DNA of 32,000 nucleotides from contig NW_008806289.1 of NCBI RefSeq assembly GCF_000400465.1, forward strand, positions 60,001 through 92,000, in the 5' to 3' direction. Position numbers and translations under genes: made by a program. This stretch comes from Wallemia ichthyophaga EXF-994 (Eukaryota; Fungi; Basidiomycota). The notes under the pieces are model-generated. The model was not told the DNA's origin and did not search any database. It worked only from the letters and a program-made list of their open reading frames with translations. Positions 1 through 9,169 of the stretch are shown piece after piece (positions within the stretch are counted from its first letter, which is position 1; each line of letters opens with the position of its first letter).

Positions 1-1031
1 AAGAGTCAACTTCGCTGTGGTTGAGTAAGAAGCATACCTTTCTTGCTCTAGATGTTGAATGGTGGGAGAACGTTCCCGTAAATATTCTTGAATTCGGCTA
101 TGCTATCTGCAGAGCTTCCTTTTTAGCAGGCAGAGAAGACGTTCACTGGCCGCCGATACCTGAGGACAACTATCGACGCGCACACTACAAAGTCCGCAAC
201 CCAGGCGGAGTGACTGATAATCACAAGCCTTTCATCTTTGGAAAAACTAAATCAATTTACAAAGACAGCGTGAGGAACTTGTTGGAGTCCGTTATTAGCA
301 GCTTGTCTTCGCCTGAGACCTCGACTGAATTGAACAATCTCGTCATTGTTGGTCATGGTATACAGGAAGCATTCAAGAAATGGAAGTTGAATGTGCCTTC
401 AAATGTCGTCATGATAGACGTCGGCCAGCTGCACCAGATGATATATACAACAATGGGTGTATACCCACTCAGATCAATACTCGACACACTCAAAGTACCA
501 TACCAAGCGCCAAGTCTAGGAAACACGGGCAACGATGCCATGTGGATTATGGAAGCTTATGCGACGTTGTGCGAGCAGTACGGAGCAGGTAGAGGAAAAA
601 ACCAATCGTCATCGGGTGGTAAAGTGACTTCCTCCGAGAATTTTTCCAGCGGTACATCCTCAACGAATGAATCATCTTCAGCTGAAGCCAGCAAGTTGAA
701 GAAGAGGGTTTCTTTCAGTGGAGATGCTACGTTGGGAGGTGAAGAGGCAACTGCTACATCCACACCAGGCGTCTTTGCACCATACAATCCCATGATGGGT
801 TATCCGCAAGTGCCAGGAAATCATCCAATGGTGACCCCAATGATGGGTCCGATGATGAGTCCAATGAGTTCAATACCCCTCGCATCGCCACCATCAATGC
901 ACAATCCAAACGTTGTTGATTTCAGGAAGTCTGCGGCGTTTAGACAATCTAATCTATCGCTTAGGCCTGAGTTGAAGAAGGGGGATTACTATCAGTCATT
1001 TGAAAAGCGTAAATCTTCATCGCATTTGTGA
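1..1031 (+). CDS. Gfd2/YDR514C-like DEDDh-fold (RNase H-like) protein, 5'-truncated by the window edge, with Ser/Met/Pro-rich C-terminal tail
   Basis: Frame is open from position 3, so there is no true start in the window. Motifs FLALDVEWWE...ILEFGY, LVIVGH and GNTGNDA resemble the DxE...GH...HNAGNDA pattern of Gfd2-like proteins. Stop TGA at 1029-1031. Confidence 0.65.
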   Translation, partial: ESTSLWLSKKHTFLALDVEWWENVPVNILEFGYAICRASFLAGREDVHWPPIPEDNYRRAHYKVRNPGGVTDNHKPFIFGKTKSIYKDSVRNLLESVISSLSSPETSTELNNLVIVGHGIQEAFKKWKLNVPSNVVMIDVGQLHQMIYTTMGVYPLRSILDTLKVPYQAPSLGNTGNDAMWIMEAYATLCEQYGAGRGKNQSSSGGKVTSSENFSSGTSSTNESSSAEASKLKKRVSFSGDATLGGEEATATSTPGVFAPYNPMMGYPQVPGNHPMVTPMMGPMMSPMSSIPLASPPSMHNPNVVDFRKSAAFRQSNLSLRPELKKGDYYQSFEKRKSSSHL

Positions 1032-1305
1032 TCAGTGGCGTGAGCAGAGTGATGAGCAATAGCTAAGACATAATAGAGACATCCGCAACGAGCATTCAAG
1101 TGGGCATTTAAACATTCACAAGGACATTTAACATATTTAACTGAGATTTATTTAAGTTGACAGCAGGGTGTATTATAGATATTATGTAATTCCAATAGAG
1201 TATAATATATCCGTTTATTCCGCTGAGATGTATGTCAGATGAGCAGTTACATGCCTGACATGGCGAACAAACTTACGTGGTTAAATGATATCATCCAACA
1301 ATTTC

Positions 1306-1539
1306 TTACAAACCAGCTGCGTCTAATGCAGCATTCTTTGCTTCACATCCGTATGCGTCATCCCAGTGTCTTTGAGCGATGGCTTGTTGTTCTGGGGTAA
1401 AGTTCTTTTGGTTGCTGTTGAAGAGGGTGTATTCGGTAGGGAAACCTTCTGGACCGCACTTAAGTTGAGATCTATCCCAAGCGAGGACAGTTGAAGTGAG
1501 TGCGAGAATGGCTACAGAGATTGTGCTGATGAACTTCAT
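1306..1539 (-). CDS. Small secreted protein (77 aa, predicted signal peptide, 2 Cys), no recognisable family
   Basis: Intronless ORF. MKFISTISVAILALTSTVLA is a typical signal peptide (basic N-terminus, hydrophobic core, VLA cleavage site). TATA box about 70 bp upstream. Confidence 0.8.
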   Translation of the reverse strand: MKFISTISVAILALTSTVLAWDRSQLKCGPEGFPTEYTLFNSNQKNFTPEQQAIAQRHWDDAYGCEAKNAALDAAGL

Positions 1540-1607
1540 TTTACTTGGTATTGTTTTCCTGCCTTGTGAGTGTCGCGGTTAACGTATGAAGGAAATGCAC
1601 GTACTTC

Positions 1608-1615
1608 TTTTTATA
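1608..1615 (-). promoter_or_regulatory. TATA box (TATAAAAA) of the small secreted protein gene
   Basis: Plus-strand ttttttata-type run at 1608-1615 reads TATAAAAA on the minus strand, about 70 bp upstream of the ATG at 1539. Confidence 0.55.
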
Positions 1616-1957
1616 GTATGGCAGCTGTCTCCGAAATTTTCAATGTCCGCTCCGAATTCGGTATGTGATATTAAAACGCGTGTTAGATGGCCGAATTTGG
1701 TAGATCACTAAGAATAGTGTGATGTTTTTGTAAAAGTTATTGTAATTGCTACTGATATCCATTTAAGTATGTGTAGCATGTGTCAATTACATTTTTCACA
1801 AATTCCAAACATCCACGAAGCTGTCATGGACATAGAAATAGCACACAGCACAAAACACACAGAAAGAAGCACAGAGAAATAACAAAAAAAGTAAATAATC
1901 GCATTAGTTTATTATTACATCCTTTGTTTTGCTTATATGCGTATATGCGTACATGTC

Positions 1958-3827
1958 TCACTGGCTATTCAGCATCGAAAGCAACGCTTGAACTGATTGT
2001 GGGTTAGGTGGTGCTTCTGAGGGTGCTTGCTGTGGTTGTACTGGTTGCTGTTGATGTATTGATTGCTGCTGCACCGGTTGCACTGGTTGCACTGGCTGCC
2101 GCTGCTGTATACGTGGATCTCTTCCCGCTGTCGACATACCCGGTACGGAAGAAACGGGTTGCATTGTCTGATAACCGTTGTACATGGGTTGCTGAGGTGC
2201 ATTTGGCTGTGCACTCTGGTAGCCCGCTCCAGCACCCCCACCCATTCCTATTCCCATTCCTGGCATTGCTCCTGCTCCTGCTCCTACTGGGGCTGGCGCA
2301 TACCCGCCCACACTTCCACTACCACTACCGCTCACGTTACTGCTCGCTGCCTGCAAGATACTCATTATGTTTGGTGGGAGGCTGCTTTGTTGTTGCTGTG
2401 GTTGTGGTTGTGGCGGTTGGGGAGCGTGAGGTGTATGTGTATGTGCGTGTGTATGTGGATGGGGGTGCGGTTGCATGCCGAGTGGGGGTGATTGACTCGC
2501 ATAGTATGGCGGTTGCGTGGGCTGCATGAATGGCGGCGTAGGCATCATAGGTGGTGCAGTGTGTGCAGTGTGCGCGGGTGCGGGTGCGTGCGTCGGCATT
2601 TGCATCGCTCCTGCTCCTGCTCCTGCTCCTGCGCCCACTGCCGCTCCTCCCACACTCGGATTCACGTTCATGTTCATGTTCAGCGTCGACGGATTCAGCG
2701 AGCTGAGCAAAGCTTGTACACGCTGCGCATCTGCTAAGCGGGAAGTGTCTAGTGTTGTGCCATATGCATTTGCAGCATTATAAGGAGCAGGAGTAGAGGA
2801 GAGAGTAGCGGGTAGATATCCACCATAATGCTGCTGTGGCTGTGGTGGTCGACTGATTTGACCTGAAATGTTGTTAGGTGACGCACTGACAATCTTCTCT
2901 CGCTCACTCACGATTCGAATACGCGTTGCGGACATTGCTCTCATTGCTATTGTGGCCGTAGCTGCGGGGAGCACTCGGAGCACTCGGAGTACCAGAAACA
3001 CCAGAAACACCAGGACCATCACTTATACTGTCGCCGCGACGATTTTTCGACCGACGCTGACCTCCGCGTCTCGATCTTTTAGCTGCAGACTTGCTAGCAG
3101 ACTCATTGAGCGCAGCCGCAGAGAAATCCCTAGGAGGGTTGTTCACCAAATGCTCAGCACCCATTTTATCAGCATAACCACCAGATTTCTTAGGGGCGGA
3201 GACCATTGGACAATCCCATTCAAAGTAGAGGTTCAGCGTGCCATCGAGCCAAGGTTTCATATTCAGATTATCAAAAGCAGCAAGGGCAGACCTCTCGTCG
3301 AAGAATTCAACATAGCGGCTATCACTTCTATCGTCATAATCTCTGATATCTTTGACTTGGCCATATTGTTCAAACAGATCAGACAGCGCCGAGTCGTTGA
3401 TTGGCTCAGTGCAAGACTCTAACCAAACAGACAGCGTGCCTTGGTGTTTACCGCGGTCACAGGGCTGTGAAGTCTCGTCAGCCTGTGGGAGACTGTAATG
3501 GACGTCTAGGGGGCGACCACCAATATGGGAGCCCTGCATTGCATTGAAAGCAGACTCAGCGGCGCGGACGTCGAAATAAGTGATGAAGCACATACCGCGC
3601 CTCTTTATCAGGTCAAAGAAGTTAGCGAGCTCGCCGTAAGATTCAAAAGGGGTGCGTATAAGCGCTGAATCTGCTTCGTAGGCGATATTACGGACGAAGA
3701 GAGTTCTACAAGGCTTAACACGCTGTACGCGTTCATGAGGCTGGCTGTGCTGCTCGGGATCGCCGTCGAATGAAGCTGGATTTTGCGGAAGCGGGTGGTG
3801 TACGTGCTTGGATCTATCTGCTGGCAT
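1958..3827 (-). CDS. Mei2-like RNA-binding protein (RRM1+RRM2) with long P/Q/G/A low-complexity tail, about 606 aa, 2 exons
   Basis: RTLFVRNI...RGMCFITYFDVRAA...GGRPLDVHYS and QGTL...YVEFFDERSA match the Mei2/AML-type RRM1 and RRM2. A GTGAGT..CTAAC..CAG intron at 2863-2911 (49 nt) joins track ORFs 2904..3827 and 1958..3022 in frame (YSNR/QISRPP). Confidence 0.85.
2607..2630 (-). repeat. Coding hexamer microsatellite, (GCTCCT)x4 on the plus strand, encoding Gly-Ala repeats
   Basis: Four exact copies inside the RRM-protein tail. Other 6- and 9-nt coding repeats lie nearby (PVQ repeats, GVS/PSA repeats). Confidence 0.85.
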
Positions 3828-3893
3828 TTAAATTAAATTTTTTGAATTTTAAAATGGTAGTTGAGAACCAACCTGTGCAACGTACTTGCCCAA

Positions 3894-4616
3894 ATGCCAT
3901 CACCGAAAACACTAAATTTTAAGTTAGTTTTGCTGGGGGAATCAGCTGTAGGGAAATCTTCCATGTGAGTTTATATATATGTACATGTCTTTATCATCCT
4001 CTCACGCCTCCACCAGCGTCATGCGCTACGTCAACAACCAATTTTCAGACGATAGGGAATCTACGATAGGCGCGGCTTTCTTGACACAGCACATGAAAGT
4101 CGGTGAGGATACTATCAAGTTTGAAATCTGGTGGGTGCTTGATCCACCCCTGATATAATCACACTCACTCATATAATGTCTTACAGGGACACAGCCGGTC
4201 AAGAACGCTTCGTTTGTTTGGCTCCTATGTACTACAGAAACGCACACGCTGCTCTCGTCGTTTACTCTCTCGACTCCAAAGATAGCTTCGATAGGGCTGT
4301 CAAGTGGATCGAGGAACTACGGAGGCAGTCAGACACCCATACTATCATCATCCTCGCAGGCAACAAATCAGATATCCCTGATGATACCAAACAAGTCTCT
4401 CCTCATGATGCTCAGGCTGTGGCTGATGAAATGCAGGTCGAATTTTCAACCACTTGCAGCGCAAAGAGCGGTGGCGGTATTGAACAACTCTTTGTTGAGA
4501 TTGGTAACCGTCTTCCTATTGAACAAGCTAAGCAAAAGGCCTTTAAATCCCCTCAACAAGCTATCAAGCTCGATAAGGCTGACTCAAGTGGCCAAACAGA
4601 GACATGTGCTTGCTGA
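3894..4616 (+). CDS. VPS21: Rab5-family GTPase (Vps21/Ypt51/Ypt5-like), 3 exons
   Basis: Exon 1 (3894-3964) encodes FKLVLLGESAVGKSS. After intron 3965-4016 comes ESTIGAAFLTQ...KFEIW, then DTAGQERF, GNKSD, CSAK and a C-terminal CAC prenylation motif. Confidence 0.93.
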
Positions 4617-4669
4617 ATTTTCGCATTAAAGAAATGTTGTATTCATATCGAAGGTATATTGATATTGTG

Positions 4670-5436
4670 TTAAAACTGATCGATTGTTGTCTTCTTTTTA
4701 CCCAATTTCATTCCACTGCCCTTGAATCCAGATGATGTTTGAGTTGAAGGGGGTGTAGGTGCGGCGGATGCGGATGAAGGTGAAGGTGCATCAAATGAAG
4801 GTGAAATGTTAAGCTCAGAGGAAGAAGAGTACTTGCCAGCAGATAAACCAGTTTGTGCACCAACTTTTGCAGCTTCCCTACGTTGCATCTCTAAAGCTCT
4901 CGCCCGTCTCTTCAACTCCTCCTTAGCCTCCATTTCTTTGTTCTTTGCAATAATATCTTGAATCTTTTCCTCGTGACTCTCCATTTCCAACAAAGATTTA
5001 ATTTGGTGTATGTTGTTGTTGTCTCTGTATCCAAACGCAATAATTTCATCCCAAGCGACCAACAAATCGAAAGCGTTATTAATAACAGACTCCTGGGTGT
5101 GCTGCTTAATGATATCGATAGTTATCCTGCTAAATAAAGATAAAGATTCAATGTCCTGGAGTATATTTGAACCCTTGTTTGTGATCAGCACCAGATAGAG
5201 CTCATCTAGTGGCTGATACACAAATCTTATGTTTTCAATTTCAACTGTAGTATGCTGGCTGCCTAAGGGAATTAACTTTGGGAACGTATTGAGTAAGCCT
5301 TCTACTCTAGATCTTGTCAATTGCATGTATTGACGGGATATGATGGCTATGTGTGTTTTTGAGAAATGTCTTAATATCCCAATACAAACCCACGCTTTCC
5401 TGATTTCGTTGAGATGGCTGCGCTTAGAATGGTCAT
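4670..5436 (-). CDS. RET2: Coatomer subunit delta (longin domain plus helices only, about 239 aa, no mu-homology domain), 2 exons
   Basis: ATG at 5436, MTILSAAISTKSGK, intron 5347-5393 (GTGGGT..TAG), then PIISRQY...RFVYQPLDELY...SNILQD...MESHEEKI...GMKLGKK. This is the canonical delta-COP N-terminal half. Confidence 0.92.
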
Positions 5437-5592
5437 TGTGGTTGTTGAGGTGTGAGGTGTGAGGTGGGAGCAAGTATTTCTTTAGTTTTATATTTTAATA
5501 TTTCCGTGTTTTTATGTTTTTATAATTATATTTCAATTCTTAATACACCCTTCCGCCTTCTCGACCCATCACCACCCGACCACTCACTCACG

Positions 5593-7021
5593 ATGGAATC
5601 TGCCATTCTTGAATTGATAAGCCATAATGACATCACTGATCCAAACCAGCTTCTCAGGCTCCTTATTTTTCACTATCCATCCCTCAACCTTTCTTTCAAT
5701 CATTATGACCTAATCACCGATTCTCTATCAAACCTCCGTTTAAGCCTCCCTTCAACATCTTATACTCCTTTTTCCCCACAGAAACCATCGCTGTACTCTT
5801 CCTACGCCCGTTCTATCATTCCTGATGAAAATTTTATCCAAATTTGTCCTAACACGACCAGATCTGACTGTACCTTGGAATGTACTAGCGTACACTTTCA
5901 ACCTATTCTCAAGCCATACTCTGATCATTCATTCGGTCACTGCTCTTATCTTAACACTTGCTACCCTTTCTACAACAACACCCCTCCTTCCCTCTCAAAC
6001 GCTTTTCAAGCTACAAAGCTCAACAGCCCCAGATTAGACCGTACTTGCAGATATTTGCATTTTGAGCTGGAGCAGCCTACTCCTCCAACTAAAAGTCGCT
6101 ATACTGATCTAGTTGATGGTGAATCTCTCAATTACAGATCAGATTTGGATAAGTTGCTCAATAACAAGAGATTTCCCGCCCAATATCTCAATTGCGATCT
6201 CAGATCATTCGATTACAACACCCTCGGCAAGTTTCAAATTATTGTGGCCGACCCTCCTTGGGATATACATATGAGTTTACCCTATGGTACTCTTACAGAT
6301 GATGAAATGCGTAAAATGCCTATGTCAACACTCTCAGAAGAAGGTACGCTTATCTTTCTCTGGGTCACAGGCCGTGCTATGGATTTGGGCAGAGAATGTC
6401 TTTCAATTTGGGGGTTGGTGAATTTAATGTGTTGTTGTCTCTAACTGACAAACATTGACAGCTTCAAAAGAGTTTGTATAATCTTTTAAACGGTTGGCAT
6501 CTGATGAAAAAACTCCAGGTCGAGGAAATAGCCTGGGTGAAGATCAACCAACTTCAGCGTCTGATACGCACAGGTCGTACAGGACACTGGCTTAATCACA
6601 CTAAAGAGCATTGTCTGGTCGGTATCAAAGTGTCCGAAGATGGTGTCGTCCGTTGGCCTGAGTGGTTGAACAAAGGCATAGATTGCGATGTGATAGTTAG
6701 CGAGGGTGGGTAATGGTCTTTAGAGCACTTGAATTGAACTTTGATATAATAAACAGTACGCGAAACGAGTCGGAAACCAGACGAACTTTATGGTATGATC
6801 GAGAGGTGCTGCCCTTCAGGTCGCAAAGTGGAGTTGTTCGGTCGGCGGCACAACGGACGTGATGGTTGGCTCACATTAGGAAATCAGATAGGGAAGGATG
6901 TTGTACATGACAATGATCTCGCAAGCAGGTTGAATGCAAGGTGTGTATGAGGTGCTAGGATTACAATACAATGCTAATATGTTACAGGTACCCGGAGAAG
7001 AAGATACAAAGTCAGTCGTAG
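5593..7021 (+). CDS. IME4: mRNA m6A methyltransferase catalytic subunit (METTL3/Ime4, MT-A70 family), 5 exons
   Basis: Cys/His zinc-finger region (VHF..CSYLNTC..CRYLHFE), catalytic [41 protein letters not shown] and C-terminal RYP. Introns 6414-6461, 6472-6518, 6706-6756, 6941-6987. Confidence 0.93.
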
Positions 7022-7743
7022 GATGATAAAAAAGCACCCAAACCGGAGCTGGGTGTATTAGGTTGCGAGCTGCTATTGCTATTGGTATTGCTCTTGCTGT
7101 TTTTGTCCATTTCGCGAACCTTGTTTCGAGCTAGAAGTTCTTGTAGACTTGAAGGATGTTTGCCTTTCTTCCTTTTCTTGTTGCTGGTATTTGTCTGTGG
7201 TTGTGACTCATGTGACTGCTGAGACACAGGCATAGGTGAGGCTGCCCTACTTGAAGAAGCCGAGCCACCAGAGCTCATCTCCTCCAATATGATTGAAGGA
7301 TCGTAAGTCAAATCACTGAGATATTTCCGCTTGCGCGACTCGTAATCGCGGATGTTGGAGACAGAGGAGCCTGGCAAGCTGTAAACGAAATGGCAAGTGA
7401 GGCAATGAGCTATGATGTAGTTCCTGATTATATCGCCTTCCTTGGAACCTTGTTCGCCGTGCTCTTGCGCCTTCCTTTGCTTTCTTCTAAGCTTCTTCTT
7501 GGCGGATGCGATAGAGCGTCTAGAGCGGGTGGACGTAGTAACAGATCGACGCATGCTGCCGCACTTTGGACAGTGCGGATACAGCTCACTGTGTTGTTTG
7601 GGGATGGATTGCTCTGACTTCTCCACGCCGGCGCGGAAGAGCAAGTGGGAGTATCCAGAGTATTCAGGGCAGAGTTCCGATAGTTCGTGTGCCAATCTGT
7701 GCCTGTAAAGAAGGTTTTTCTGGGCTTCTGTGGCTGTCGACAT
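7012..7743 (-). CDS. Rpr2/Rpp21/Snm1-like zinc-ribbon subunit of RNase P/MRP (243 aa from the ATG at 7743)
   Basis: CPKC...CLTC zinc pair preceded by a helical region and followed by a Lys/Ser-rich tail. Intronless. The track start at 7860 overlaps the next gene and is unlikely. Confidence 0.65.
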   Translation of the reverse strand: MSTATEAQKNLLYRHRLAHELSELCPEYSGYSHLLFRAGVEKSEQSIPKQHSELYPHCPKCGSMRRSVTTSTRSRRSIASAKKKLRRKQRKAQEHGEQGSKEGDIIRNYIIAHCLTCHFVYSLPGSSVSNIRDYESRKRKYLSDLTYDPSIILEEMSSGGSASSSRAASPMPVSQQSHESQPQTNTSNKKRKKGKHPSSLQELLARNKVREMDKNSKSNTNSNSSSQPNTPSSGLGAFLSSYD

Positions 7744-7793
7744 GGCTGTGTGCGTTAGAGAGTGACGTCCAACGCGATTTAAATATTTTCCAT

Positions 7794-9134
7794 ATGGCAG
7801 ATAACCTAGAGCACCCAGACCACGGCAAGGATACCCCTTACTTTGCTTACTACGCCGCACTCGTTAACCAGGCTAATATGCTCATGGATTCTGCTCGTAC
7901 TGGTGTTTATCAGCAAAGCATCCTTGGTAACTCTCAAACGGCTTTCTTGGGAAAGGATGTACTCGACGTCGGTGCTGGCTCCGGCATTCTCTCCTTCTTC
8001 AGCGCTCAGGCAGGTGCTAAAACCGTTTACGCTTGCGAAGCTTCAGATATCGCATCGAAATTGCAGCTGATTGTCGATGAAGCTGATAATGGTGGCAAGA
8101 ATGCCTTCCTCAAGGATAAAATTAAAGTTGTTAAATGTTTGTTTTGGGTAGTGAAAAATTTACACACACTAATTCACCCATAGCTAAGATAGAAGATGCT
8201 GCTACTAGCCATTCGATACCCAAAAAGGTTGATACTATCGTCAGTGAACCAATCGGTGTTCTCCTCGTTCATGAACGTATGATTGAGTCTTTCATCGAGG
8301 CACGCGATAAATTCCTTAAGCCCGGTGGATCCATGTTCCCTTCGTCAGGTTGGTGAAACAAGATGGCTTAGCTTGAATACATCTTAACATGCCCACTTCA
8401 GGAACAATTGAACTTGCCCCATTCACTGATGACGCCTTATACACTGAGACAGCACAGAAAAGTGGATTTTTCCAGCAAACTAACTTTCTCGGCGTTGATT
8501 TGAGTGTTTTGCAAGACGCTGCAAATGAAGAAGCTTTTAGTGGGTTTACCAGGGTGTTTGAGGCTGTCCAACTAACCCCAAGACAGGTCAACCCGTCGTT
8601 GGAATGTTCCCACCAAACCAACTTATCGCAAACACTACAAACAATCACCTCATAGACTTTTATACATGCTCGATGAACGATCTAACCTCATTCACTATAC
8701 CATTCACCTGGCAAATCACACGAACGGCACTTTTGCATGGAATTGGTGGATGGTTTGACCTGCATTTCAAAGCAACACAAGCAGGTGGATTGGATTTATA
8801 TCTTTCTACAGGTCCAACAGCTCCACGTACTCATTGGCAAGCTACGCGACTGCTTTTTAGGGAACCATTAGCAGTAAACGCGGGAGAAGTGGTTAAAGGG
8901 GAGCTTAAATTTAGTGTGAACGATCAAAGAAGCTATGATATAGTTGGTACAACAGAAATACAAACGTCCAAGGAATTCTACACAGCTCAACATCCTCAAA
9001 GTAAATCAAACCCTTACGTCAGAAAACAAGTATGGAGATTACATGACCAGACGTATAATTACAACTACAGCAATATGTATCACATACCAGAGAGCATGGC
9101 AGCTGCATATTCAGGATATGAGCCAGTTGCTTAG
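7794..9134 (+). CDS. CARM1: Type I protein arginine methyltransferase, CARM1/PRMT4-like, 4 exons
   Basis: YFAYY..QANMLMD..RTGVYQ, VLDVGAGSGILS, double-E loop SEPIGVLLVHERM, LAPFTD..LY, GVDLS, QPVVG, LSTGP..PRTHW and QRSYDI all parallel CARM1 rather than PRMT1. Introns 8137-8183, 8349-8401 and one near 8540-8587. Confidence 0.85.
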
Positions 9135-9169
9135 GCTTTGTCTCTTGTATCCAAACCATCATCATCTTC

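Noticed and set aside
1780-2007. 75-aa plus-strand ORF downstream of the RRM gene
   Set aside because: GTG start and A-rich low complexity corresponding to the U-rich 3' UTR of the minus-strand gene.
1969-3422. Plus-strand and alternate-frame ORFs over the RRM gene (2008..2529, 2063..2491, 2517..2783, 2868..3422 and others)
   Set aside because: Shadow ORFs of low-complexity, repeat-rich coding sequence on the opposite strand, with no family motifs.
5452-5592. ORF-track N-terminal extensions for IME4 (5452), delta-COP (5473), the Rpr2-like gene (7860) and IES1 (29774)
   Set aside because: They start at GTG/TTG or run through introns and neighbouring genes. Family motifs begin at the ATGs given in the features.
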